Shown piece by piece: positions 10,479-19,720 of a DNA stretch of 64,000 nt. Under the pieces are notes generated by a model that did not search any database, was not told the DNA's origin, and saw only the letters and a list, made by a program, of their open reading frames with translations. The stretch comes from Desulfatiglandales bacterium (lineage in GTDB: Bacteria; Desulfobacterota; DSM-4660; Desulfatiglandales; Desulfatiglandaceae). The position numbers and the translations under genes are program-made. The stretch spans positions 6,912,001-6,976,000 of the forward strand of contig OY759599.1 in assembly GCA_963662465.1 (NCBI GenBank), given 5' to 3'. The number at the start of each line of letters is the position of its first letter. Position 1 is the stretch's first letter.

Positions 10479-10769
10479 TCTGATCTTCCCCCGTTATGAA
10501 AAAAATCGTCGTCAAAGCAAATGACTCATTTCGGGAACCGGCAAGCTTTGGATTACAATAGGGGAATTCCATTGGTTCATCAACTGAAAATTTTATAACT
10601 TCAATCAGGCGAGCCTTTTTCCGGAGAGAGGTGCCCCCATTAGTGAAACAACCGGCGCTTTCAATTATTTTTGTGTTGGTTTTTGTGTTTTGCTATCATA
10701 TCCTGCTTGGCGAAGCTGCTTTTCCAAATACATTAAAGTTAGCGCTTATTTAGCTATGAAGGTAACCCA

Positions 10770-11393
10770 ATGAAAGAATATCATAAAATTCAAACGGTAT
10801 TTCTCAGGGACCCGGCAACGAAGTATAGAACGTTGCTTGAAGGACGGTTTGCAAAACCTGAGTTTGAATATCTTAAAGACAACACATGGGTCTTTACGGA
10901 AAAGGTTGATGGGACAAATATCCGCGTGCAATGGAATGGTGTGCAAGTTACATTTGCGGGGAAGACGGATCGTGCGGATACCCCGCCGTTTTTGCTCAAA
11001 AAGTTGAATGAATTATTCCAACCTGAAGCATTCCAATTAAGTGCGCTACCCCCTTTGTGTTTATACGGTGAAGGCTACGGGGCGAGAATCCAAAAGGGTG
11101 GTGGAACTTATATTTCTGATGGCGTGAGTTTTATCCTGTTTGATGTCACTATTGATGATATTTGGCTTGAACGGCATAACGTAGAAGATATTGCTGACAA
11201 ATTGGGCATCAAGACAGTCCCGATTATTGGAAAAGGGACTCTGCTTGATGGGGTTGAAATGGTAAGAGACGGCTATAAATCACGACTGCGCGAAACCGAT
11301 CCGGAAGGCATTGTCATGCGTCCGGAGATAGAATTATTTAATCGAAGATGTGAACGGGTAATCTCGAAAATCAAAATGAAAGATTTTCGATGA
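10770..11393 (+). CDS. ATP-dependent RNA ligase family protein (Rnl2-like nucleotidyltransferase core), integron cassette 1
   Basis: Motif I EKVDGTN, III LYGEGYG, IIIa FILFDV, IV EGIVMRP, V SKIK. Confidence 0.82.
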   Translation: MKEYHKIQTVFLRDPATKYRTLLEGRFAKPEFEYLKDNTWVFTEKVDGTNIRVQWNGVQVTFAGKTDRADTPPFLLKKLNELFQPEAFQLSALPPLCLYGEGYGARIQKGGGTYISDGVSFILFDVTIDDIWLERHNVEDIADKLGIKTVPIIGKGTLLDGVEMVRDGYKSRLRETDPEGIVMRPEIELFNRRCERVISKIKMKDFR

Positions 11394-11396
11394 GGA

Positions 11397-11530
11397 GCCC
11401 TAACAAAAAATTGCGCCAGCGCTCAAACCGCGTGCTTTAGTTGAGTTTTGGTGTCTGTTAAAAATACATGTCGTTGAGCTGGATGCCGGCGTCAGGGCGG
11501 TTTGAGCCTGGTGATTTTAGGGCGTCCGAT
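11397..11530 (+). repeat. attC-like recombination site
   Basis: R'' GCCCTAAC just after the stop; inner inverted repeat CCAGCGCTCAAACCGC..GCGGTTTGAGCCTGG; degenerate R' GTCCGAT; cassette begins with near-complementary GTTAGCGC at 10738. Confidence 0.65.
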
Positions 11531-11537
11531 TTGAGAG

Positions 11538-11903
11538 ATGATGAAAATAAAGAAGCGGTTCCGTAAGAAGAAGCATTGTGGCGAATTTACCGAGTGGGGT
11601 CGACAGCTCGTCATTATGCGAAATGAGGAAGAGGGATTCGATGAATTTCTTGATGCCTTCATCGAGGAGGCCATTGAATTAAATGGATGCTACTGCGGCG
11701 GAGGCGGGTATGGAGAGAAACTGGACGTGGTAGTGGCGCTTGGCCGCCGCTCGGATGATCCTGATGCCAGACTGAAGAGAATCATAGCATGGATCGTGGC
11801 TCGACCTGATGTGCGGACCTGGAAGGTGAGCGAGGAGTTTGACGTCCGGCATGGGGACTTCAAAGATATTGATGACGAAATTGAACAGCAGGATTCAGTT
11901 TGA
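11538..11903 (+). CDS. YggL/DUF469 family protein, integron cassette 2
   Basis: KKRFRKKKHCGEFTEWG, FDEFLDAFIEEAIE and GGGG motifs. Confidence 0.8.
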   Translation: MMKIKKRFRKKKHCGEFTEWGRQLVIMRNEEEGFDEFLDAFIEEAIELNGCYCGGGGYGEKLDVVVALGRRSDDPDARLKRIIAWIVARPDVRTWKVSEEFDVRHGDFKDIDDEIEQQDSV

Positions 11904-11970
11904 CACAAAAAGCCGGGGCAGTTTTGTGTTATAAGTCGAAAGACCCAGCGCTGCTTATTGTTTCAAATGA
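11880..11970 (+). repeat. Degenerate attC-like site (R' apparently lost)
   Basis: R''-like ATTGAAC; arms TCAGTTTGACACAAAAGC and GCTTATTGTTTCAAATGA pair imperfectly with one extra G. Confidence 0.45.
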
Positions 11971-12012
11971 CACCATGACCATTGTCGACGTCAATGTGGG
12001 AGGGAAAATCTG

Positions 12013-13041
12013 ATGGCACAGGCGGATTTATTGGTGGATTTAATCAAAAATGCCAGTAGCGGCGATCAGTTGGCGTTTCGCAAGAACGCCGAGACACTGA
12101 TTCAGGAAGAGAAAGCCAAGGGGCATCGAGTGCTGGCGGATCGGCTGGTCAAATCCTTGCAGCCAGGCCCAATCGGGATGGGGCGCAGCCCCGCGCCAAC
12201 GCAGAATGTCGGCAACGGCCGGCATAGGGATTTGATCTACGAAATAACGCCGGAACGTTCGCTCGATAGTCTTGTATTGCCCGACAAAATTCGGATACAA
12301 ATCAAGGAGATCGTGGAGGAGCAGCATCGCGCCGAATTGCTGCATGCGCATAATCTGCGCGCACGTAACCGGGTTTTGCTTGCCGGGCCGCCGGGTAATG
12401 GGAAAACGACTCTGGCAGAGGTGTTGGCCTGTGAATTGATGTACCCCTTGTTCGTCGTTCGTTACGAAACCTTGGTGGGAAGCTACTTGGGAGAAACCTC
12501 CAGCCGCCTGAAACATTTGATGGACTACGCCAGGACCCAGCGTTGCGTTCTGTTTTTTGACGAGTTCGAAACTCTCGGCAAGGAGCGTGGCGAGACACAC
12601 GAAACAGGAGAAATCAAACGGGTGGTGAGTTCGCTGCTTTTGCAAATTGATGATTTGCCGGATTATGTTGTGATAGTTGCGGCCAGTAATCATCCGGAGC
12701 TGCTCGATAGAGCGGTATGGCGGCGCTTCCAGTTACGCATCGAATTGCCTATGCCGACGCGCCTGCAATTAACCCAACATATCGAATCCATCGGCCGGCG
12801 GTGCCAAACCGATTTCGGATATAAGCCCGAGACATTGGCGAAACACATGCTGGGCTTGAATTTTGCTGAGGTGGAAGAGTTCTGTTTGAGTGTGGTGCGG
12901 CGGGCGGTACTCGATAAGAAAAGCGAAAACGCGCAATCCATTACGCGGCTCAAATTGGAGCAATGGCGGGATAGATTGAAACCGGTCTTAAATAGCCATT
13001 ATCCTGGTGTTGTCTCAATCGATTCGGAGGAAGATACTTGA
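12013..13041 (+). CDS. AAA+ ATPase, IetA-like (type normally paired with an S8 protease)
   Basis: GPPGNGKT, GSYLGETSSRL, LFFDEFE, HETGEIKRVVSSLL and LDRAVWRRF motifs. Confidence 0.8.
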   Translation: MAQADLLVDLIKNASSGDQLAFRKNAETLIQEEKAKGHRVLADRLVKSLQPGPIGMGRSPAPTQNVGNGRHRDLIYEITPERSLDSLVLPDKIRIQIKEIVEEQHRAELLHAHNLRARNRVLLAGPPGNGKTTLAEVLACELMYPLFVVRYETLVGSYLGETSSRLKHLMDYARTQRCVLFFDEFETLGKERGETHETGEIKRVVSSLLLQIDDLPDYVVIVAASNHPELLDRAVWRRFQLRIELPMPTRLQLTQHIESIGRRCQTDFGYKPETLAKHMLGLNFAEVEEFCLSVVRRAVLDKKSENAQSITRLKLEQWRDRLKPVLNSHYPGVVSIDSEEDT

Positions 13042-13129
13042 GCGCATTATTCCGCGCATTGATCGCTGAAGACGCCACTTTCACAGGAGCGTCCGCACTG
13101 AACCTCGCCGTCCCAGAGGAGGCCGAAGC

Positions 13130-14413
13130 ATGAAAGCCACTGAAGCCAGGTTTTTGGACTTTATCAAAAAGTCACCGCAGTTTGTCATCCCCATCTACCA
13201 ACGCACCTATTCGTGGACAGAGAGGGAGTGCCGGCAACTCTGGGACGATATTCTGCGTACCGGTGGTAACGATGCTGTGTCTGCCCATTTTGTCGGCTCC
13301 ATCGTGTATATTGAGAAGGGTTTGTATCATGTGACGAGCCAGTCGCCTCTTTTGGTCATCGACGGCCAGCAACGCCTGACTACGATGGAGTTGCTGATTG
13401 CCGCAGTGGCCAAGGCGCTGGAGGATCTGCCCGAGGAAAACCGGGAGCCGGTGGAGGGCTTTTCACCCCGCAAACTGCGCAATTACTACCTCATCAACCC
13501 GGAAGAAGAGGGTGAGCGGCATTACAAACTCATTCTTTCCCAGATCGACAGGGACTCGCTCATTGCCGTTGTCGCCAGAAACGAGCGGCCCAAAGAATAT
13601 TCCCGGCGCATCGCGGAGAGCTATAAACTCTTCGAGACCTGGATTGCCGGCTGTAAAGGCGACCTGACCGCACTGTGCAAAGGTATCGCCAACTGGTGGT
13701 GGTGGACATCGCGCTGAGCCGGGATCAGGACAATCCGCAGCTGATCTTTGAGAGCATGAACTCCACCGGCCGGGAACTGACCCAGGCCGATTTAATCCGC
13801 AATTTTATTCTGATGGGGCTGGAACCGGCCCTGCAAACCCGTCTCTATGAACACTACTGGCGGCTGATGGAACTGGATTTTGGGCAGGAGGCCTACTGCA
13901 CACACTTCGACGGTTTCATGCGCCATTATTTGACGGTTAAGACCGGCGTGATTCCAAAATTGGACGCAGTGTACGACGCTTTCAAGGATCACGCCAGGTC
14001 CCCCAAAGTAGCGGGGGCAGGAGTGGAATCATTGGTGGCTGACATTCTCGATCCAAGATCATCCGCATCTGCTCAGTGGCGTGGGACAAGAACTGTTTGA
14101 AGCGTTTCGCAAGGAAGTGTTGGCGCTTAATCCCGTAGTCAGGGAGTGGTTTCTCAAGCTCTATGTAGCCTACAAGGCCGAGACAAACTTTGTCGATGTG
14201 GTTCCGCAGGCCAAGCGACTGCTCCTTTCGCTGAAGACGCCGTTTGGTGATATTGCCGACCCGCGCGGCCTGTGCAAGGACGTTACCGGCATGGGGCGCT
14301 GGGGCAACGGTGATGTGGAGGTGGGATTCACCTCGTTGGAAGAACTGCCGTATATTATGGGTCTGGTCCGCCAGTCCTTCGAGCGGCAAATGGGCAATGG
14401 GGGTGAGGAATGA
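13130..14413 (+). pseudogene. GmrSD-type (DUF262-DUF1524-DUF5655) restriction gene, frameshifted and internally deleted
   Basis: IPIYQRTYSW, IDGQQRLTT, IFESMNSTG; 1-nt loss at ~13691 (GIA[K]LVVVD); jump at ~14046 to SIQDHPHL..KLYVAYK..GRWGNGDVE; no HNH domain present. Confidence 0.8.
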
Positions 14414-15399
14414 CCCCTGCAGGCTACAGTGAAGACGCGCTGGTTGAAAAACCGGCCATCGACATGCTCAAAGACCTGGGCTTGGAACACGTTGACGCCT
14501 TTCATGAATTTGAGCAGACGGGTGGCAGCCCCTTGGGACGCGAGACCAAATCTGAAGTGGTGCGGGTATCCCGCCTCAGGCCGGCATTGAACAAACTCAA
14601 CCTGGAGCTTCCCCCGCAGGCCATTGACCTGGCCATAGAGGAAATCCTCCGGGACCGCTCCCGCATGAGCCTTGCGGCGGCCAACCGGGAGGTGTACGAC
14701 CTCATCAAGAATGGCGTCAGGGTCGAGATTCCGGACCCGGAAGGCTATGTGATTGAGGACCCGCCTGGGCCGTATGGCCGGGATCATCTGGTGGATCTGA
14801 GCCGAATTGATTTTGAGGCTTTGAAGAAGGGGTTTAAGAAGGGGCGGAAAAGCACCGAGGCTGAAAAAGTTAAGGGCTCGGTGGTGAGAAAACTGCGTCA
14901 GATGGTGCGGCTGAACCGCTCCCGGATGGATTATTTAGAGCGCTTCCAGACGATGATCGACGCGTACAATGCCGGAAGCGTAAACATCGAGGAGTTTTTC
15001 AGCCGCCTGATGGACTTTGCTCAGGAATTGAATGATGAGGAAAAACGTGGCATTTCGGAGCAGCTCTCCGAGGAGGAATTGGCCCTCTTTGACCTTTTGA
15101 CCAAACCTGATCCGGAACTGACAAAAAAGGAGAGGAAACAGGTCAAGAAGACGGCCCGGGACCTGCTCAACACGCTGAAAGGCGAAAAACTGGTCCTTGA
15201 CTGGCGAAAAAGGCAACGCTCAAGGGCACAGGTACGGGTGACCATCGAAAAGATGCTGGACCGGGGGCTGCCCGAAACCTACACCCGAGAGCTTTTTCAG
15301 CAGAAGACTGACGCTATCTTTCAATACATATACGAATCTTACTATGGGGGTGGGAGGGGGATATATGTCGCTGTGACGCAAGATAGAGCCATATCGTAA
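14410..15399 (+). pseudogene. hsdR: Type I restriction subunit HsdR remnant: N-terminus fused in frame to C-terminal DUF3387 region
   Basis: YSEDALVE..LGRE..RLRPAL..ANREVYDLIKNGV joined at ~14740 to ..LSEEELALFDLL..LVLDW; no nuclease or DEAD/H helicase motifs; only 329 aa. Confidence 0.8.
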
Positions 15400-15420
15400 G
15401 CCATCCCCAAGGAGATTGCC

Positions 15421-16278
15421 GTGTTTGAAAATACAGAAAGTCTTTTGAAACAAATTGCTCTGGGAGAGGATTCTGTCCTGGAATTAAAAACCATCGAGGA
15501 TGAACAGACCATTCCAAAAGCCGATTGCCATGTGCTTGAGGAAGGCTTGTGGAAGCGTTTCAAGACGGTTTTATCTTCGGTGGACAACCAGGAATTTTTG
15601 CAAAAAATGAAGCTGATTTCAATGGATCAAGACGGAATGCTGCGTCCCACCGTAAGCGGCGTGCTGATGGCGAGCAAGTCGCCCGAGTCTTTGATTCCAA
15701 ATGCCTATATTCAGGCCGTCTGCTATCGGGGCGTTGAAAGAAATGCGGATTATCAATTGGATGCCAAAGACATTGCCGGTCCTCTGGATGTTCAGGTTCG
15801 GGAAGGATGTAATTTCGTTGCGCGCAACATGCGGGTTTACGCCGTAAAATCGCCGTATCGCATCGAAACCCCTCAATTTTCCATGAATGCCGTCTTTGAA
15901 GCCATCGTCAATGCGGTTGCTCACCGCGATTACTCCATTTATGGTTCAAAAATTCGTTTACATCTTTTTTCCGATCGGCTGGAGCTATTTTCGCCCGGGG
16001 CTATCCCCAACACATTAACCGTTGACAGTTTGACGGAAAGGCAATCGGCTCGAAATGAACTATTGACCTCCTTGCTGGCCCGTTGTCCAATGAATGTGGA
16101 CGTTATGGGCAGTCAACGGAGCTATCTCATGGACAAACGCGGCGAGGGCGTTCCGATTATCATTGTGGAAAGTGAAAGGCTGTCGGGCCGAAAGCCGGAA
16201 TATCGGTTGTTGGACGAAGCGGAATTGAAACTCACGATCTATGCCGCCAAGTGTCCCCATGACAGCACTGTCGCGTGA
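15421..16278 (+). CDS. AlbA_2(Schlafen)-HATPase_c_4 family protein with most of the AlbA domain deleted (possible pseudogene)
   Basis: GEDSVLELK followed directly by DEQ; EAIVNAVAHRDYS, DRLELFSPG, RNELL and RGEG motifs. Confidence 0.72.
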   Translation: MFENTESLLKQIALGEDSVLELKTIEDEQTIPKADCHVLEEGLWKRFKTVLSSVDNQEFLQKMKLISMDQDGMLRPTVSGVLMASKSPESLIPNAYIQAVCYRGVERNADYQLDAKDIAGPLDVQVREGCNFVARNMRVYAVKSPYRIETPQFSMNAVFEAIVNAVAHRDYSIYGSKIRLHLFSDRLELFSPGAIPNTLTVDSLTERQSARNELLTSLLARCPMNVDVMGSQRSYLMDKRGEGVPIIIVESERLSGRKPEYRLLDEAELKLTIYAAKCPHDSTVA

Positions 16279-16355
16279 GGAGACAGGTTAGCGCCCCCAG
16301 GGTGTTGATGTTTTTCTACCTGTGCACGGGTCTCCATATTTTTTCAAAAAACCAC

Positions 16356-16384
16356 TTGACAGCTTTTGCTGTATACAGTACACA
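16356..16384 (+). promoter_or_regulatory. Putative promoter of the catabolic cluster with GntR/FadR-type operator
   Basis: TTGACA at 16356; perfect palindrome CTGTATACAG at 16369-16378 in the spacer; -10 element is weak. Confidence 0.5.
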
Positions 16385-16500
16385 TCTTTCCAGAATATGA
16401 CCCTAGAACTTCCGGCTTGTTGCAGCCGCTTTCTCGCGGTTTGAATTCGGTCCATAAGCCCACTGTAAACCTTATCGTTAAAAATATGGAGCGCCCCCCT

Positions 16501-17292
16501 ATGAATATCATCGTCATGGTCAAACAGGTTCCCGATACCACGGAGATTAAACTGGATCCCAAAACCGGGAACCTGATCAGGGAAGGCATTGAAAGCATCA
16601 TGAATCCGGACGACCGGCATGCCCTGGAAGCGGCGGTCCACTTGAAAGAGTCCTTGGGTGGAAAAGTGACGGCGGTTTCCATGGGCCCCCCCCAGGCCAT
16701 CGATGTCATCACCGAAGCCATGGGCATGGGGGCGGATAAAGGAGTTCTCCTGTCGGATCGGGCTTTTTCCGGCGCGGATACCTGGGCTACGTCCTTCACC
16801 CTTGGCAAAGCCATGGAAAAGATCGGCGAATATGATCTCATCATTTGCGGAAGACAGGCCATTGATGGGGATACGGCCCAGATTGGTCCCCAGGTCGCCG
16901 ATTATCTGGGTATCCCCCACGTCAGCTATGTGTTTGAGATTGAGGATGCCGGGGAAGCGACCCTGGTGGTCAAAAGACGCCTGGAGGATGGTTTTGAACG
17001 CATAGAAACCCGATTGCCCGCGCTTTTGACGGTCATCGGAGAGCTGAACACGCCGCGCTACCCGGTGGTTGGGCGATTGATTGACGCCTGCCGGGAAAAG
17101 GCGCCCATTGCCATTTGGAATGCCGCGGATATCAATGTCGGAACTCATGAAATTGGATTGGAAGGGTCATTGACCCATGTGATCAAGACCTTCGCGCCCA
17201 AATTTAAACGGCAGGGAGAAATACTGGAAGGGGCCACCGGCGAAAGCATCAGCGCCCTGGTTGGAAAACTTCGAGAAAACCGAATTCTATAG
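16501..17292 (+). CDS. etfB: Electron transfer flavoprotein beta subunit
   Basis: KQVPDT, NPDDRHALEAA and GRQAIDGDTAQIGP motifs. Confidence 0.93.
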   Translation: MNIIVMVKQVPDTTEIKLDPKTGNLIREGIESIMNPDDRHALEAAVHLKESLGGKVTAVSMGPPQAIDVITEAMGMGADKGVLLSDRAFSGADTWATSFTLGKAMEKIGEYDLIICGRQAIDGDTAQIGPQVADYLGIPHVSYVFEIEDAGEATLVVKRRLEDGFERIETRLPALLTVIGELNTPRYPVVGRLIDACREKAPIAIWNAADINVGTHEIGLEGSLTHVIKTFAPKFKRQGEILEGATGESISALVGKLRENRIL

Positions 17293-17317
17293 TCGGTGGT
17301 GAAAAGGGAGATAACGT

Positions 17318-18529
17318 ATGACGGTATGGATTGAAACCGATCTCTGTAACGGGTGCAAACGCTGTGTTAAGGCATGTCCCTACGAGGGTGTTGAAATCAG
17401 GGATGGAAAGGCCCATATTCTGGAACGGTGCACTTCCTGCGGGGCTTGCATCGAAACCTGCAAGCAGAAGGCCATTTTAACGGATGCAAAGCCGCGGGAA
17501 ATTCCGGATTTCAGCGACAGAAAAGGGGTTTGGGTTTTTGCCGAGCAGCGGGGAGGCGTGTTGCAGCAGATTTCCCTGGAACTCCTGGGAAAGGCCGGTG
17601 AATTGGGAGAAGCGCTCAACCAGGAAGTGTCGGCCGTTCTTTTGGGCAATGGGGTGGAAAACCTCGCGGATGTCCTCATCCGGCATGGCGCGGATCATGT
17701 GTATCTGGTGGAGGATGCCTGTCTGGAACACTATCGGCCCATTAGCTATACCAGAGCCATTGAACAATTGATTCGTCAGTACAAGCCTAACATCCTTCTG
17801 ATGGGGGCGACCCATATTGGCCGGGATCTGGCCCCCAGGGTTTCCAGAAGGGTGGGGGTGGGATTGACGGCCGACTGCACGGAACTGACCATTGATCCGG
17901 AGGAGAAGATTCTCCTGCAAACGCGGCCGGCCTTTGGCGGCAATATCATGGCCACCATTGCCAACCGCTATTCGCGTCCCCAGATGGCCACGGTTCGACC
18001 CGGGGTGATGGAGGCGGTTCTGCAACCGGAAAACAGCGGGGATGTGATCAGAGACAGTATTTCCCTCTCCGAAGATGAAATCGGCACCCGGGTCCTGGAG
18101 ATCGTGCGGGAGGCGAAAAAGACGGGGGATTTGAGCAAAGCAGAAATTATCGTCGCTGGTGGAAGGGGCGTCGGCGATGGTGCGGGATTCAAGATCCTGG
18201 AAAAACTGGCGGAGGTCCTTGGCGGCGAAGTGGCCGGTACCCGTGTGGCGGTGGAAGAAGGCTGGATTCCCGCAGACCGACAGGTGGGGCAAACGGGCCA
18301 GTCGGTCAGACCGGAACTTTACATTGCCTGCGGTATTTCCGGCGCTATTCAACACCGGGCCGGCATTATGAACGCCCGGTATATTGTGGCCTTGAACAGA
18401 GATCCGAGGGCGCCTATTTTTCAGGTGGCTGACTGGGGAATTGTGGGAGATCTCCATGACCTGGTTCCTGAGATGATTCGACAGTTGGAAAGCGATCAGG
18501 GAAAAATGAAGGGGGAATTGAATGCTTAG
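17318..18529 (+). CDS. etfA: ETF alpha subunit with N-terminal 2x[4Fe-4S] ferredoxin domain
   Basis: CNGCKRCVKACP and CTSCGACIETC; GLTADCT, RPAFGG, QVGQTG and GISGAIQH motifs. Confidence 0.93.
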   Translation: MTVWIETDLCNGCKRCVKACPYEGVEIRDGKAHILERCTSCGACIETCKQKAILTDAKPREIPDFSDRKGVWVFAEQRGGVLQQISLELLGKAGELGEALNQEVSAVLLGNGVENLADVLIRHGADHVYLVEDACLEHYRPISYTRAIEQLIRQYKPNILLMGATHIGRDLAPRVSRRVGVGLTADCTELTIDPEEKILLQTRPAFGGNIMATIANRYSRPQMATVRPGVMEAVLQPENSGDVIRDSISLSEDEIGTRVLEIVREAKKTGDLSKAEIIVAGGRGVGDGAGFKILEKLAEVLGGEVAGTRVAVEEGWIPADRQVGQTGQSVRPELYIACGISGAIQHRAGIMNARYIVALNRDPRAPIFQVADWGIVGDLHDLVPEMIRQLESDQGKMKGELNA

Positions 18530-19655
18530 GTCGAATGCCGAAACAACCATCAGAAAAAGCATGGCCATGTTCGTGGACAACGAAGTGATTCCTCGGGCCA
18601 AGGAGATTGATGAAAAAGGTGAATTTCCCAGAGAAATGTTCCAGGAGATGGCCAAGATGGGCGTTTTCGGCCTGAGGTATCCCAGGGAAAAGGGAGGTTC
18701 CGGCGGAAATACCACCCTGTTCTGCATCAGTTGCGAGGAAGTGGCCCGCGGCCTCATGAGTCTTGCGGCCATTACGGCCATGCAGTGCTTGATGGGCACC
18801 AATTTTCTGTTTCATTACGGGACAAAAGAAATGCATGAGCAGTATTTTCTTCCTGCCATGAGGGGTGAAAAGGTTGCCTCCTTCTGCCTCACGGAGCCGG
18901 AGGCCGGTTCCGATCTGGGAAATGTCAGCACCCTGGCCCGGAAAACCGATGAAGGATACTGTATAAACGGGATGAAAACATGGGTGACCAATGGTCCCGT
19001 GGCCGATTTTTATACGGTATTGATGCAAACAAATCCGGAAAAGAAATTCAGGGGCCTGAATTTTTTCTTCGTGCCCAGGGATACGCCCGGTTTTTCTCGC
19101 AGCAAACCCTTTGAACTGCTGGGGACCCGTTCCACTCCTATCTCCGAAATCGCTTTTAAGGATTGCATAGTGCCGCACCATTACATGCTTTGCCCGGAAG
19201 GCAAGGGGTTGAGCAATTTGCTGTCCATTCTGGCCGAGATCAGGACCATGACCGCCGCTTTGGCGGTGGGGCTGCAGCGGGCCGCCATGGATGATGCCAT
19301 TCAGTACGCCCATGAAAGGGCTCAGTTCGGTCGGACCATCAGCAATTATCAGCTTATTCAGGCCAAGGTGGCGAATATGGCCGTCGATCTGGAAGCCTCC
19401 AGGTTGATGACCTATAAGGCTACCCATATGATCGATGACAAAAAAGAAGCCTTGAAAGAATCTTCCATGGCGAAATATTTCGCTACGGAGGCCGCATGCC
19501 GGGCCGGCGATCTGGTCACGCGAATCTTCGGCGCCTATGGCTATTCCATGGAATATTCAGCCCAGCGATACTATCGGGACAACCGCTTTTTGTTGTATGG
19601 GGGGGGGACCCACGAAATCCTTCAGCCCAATATCGCCAAGTGGGTGGGACTGTAG
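18522..19655 (+). CDS. Acyl-CoA dehydrogenase (IaaF-like candidate)
   Basis: FCLTEPEAGSD, INGMKTWVTNG, RAQFGRTI; C-terminal YGGGT instead of YEGT. Confidence 0.9.
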   Translation: MLRSNAETTIRKSMAMFVDNEVIPRAKEIDEKGEFPREMFQEMAKMGVFGLRYPREKGGSGGNTTLFCISCEEVARGLMSLAAITAMQCLMGTNFLFHYGTKEMHEQYFLPAMRGEKVASFCLTEPEAGSDLGNVSTLARKTDEGYCINGMKTWVTNGPVADFYTVLMQTNPEKKFRGLNFFFVPRDTPGFSRSKPFELLGTRSTPISEIAFKDCIVPHHYMLCPEGKGLSNLLSILAEIRTMTAALAVGLQRAAMDDAIQYAHERAQFGRTISNYQLIQAKVANMAVDLEASRLMTYKATHMIDDKKEALKESSMAKYFATEAACRAGDLVTRIFGAYGYSMEYSAQRYYRDNRFLLYGGGTHEILQPNIAKWVGL

Positions 19656-19704
19656 GATTGTTGATTGTTGATTGTTGATTGTTGATTGCGGATTTCGGAT
19701 TGCA
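19656..19704. repeat. Heptameric tandem repeat (GATTGTT)4-GATTGCG-GATTTCG-GATTGCA
   Basis: Read directly; begins immediately after the stop codon. Confidence 0.9.
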
Positions 19705-19720
19705 AGGGAGGGACCGGGGT

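Noticed and set aside
14410..15399. Functional type I restriction-modification system
   Set aside because: HsdR lacks nuclease and motor domains; hsdM and hsdS are absent from the window.
19679..19720. N-terminal extensions given by the ORF track (GntR; also 4911, 16366, 23512, 24372, 33109, 59604)
   Set aside because: They run through repeats or upstream genes; downstream starts with an RBS or a family-typical N-terminus fit better.
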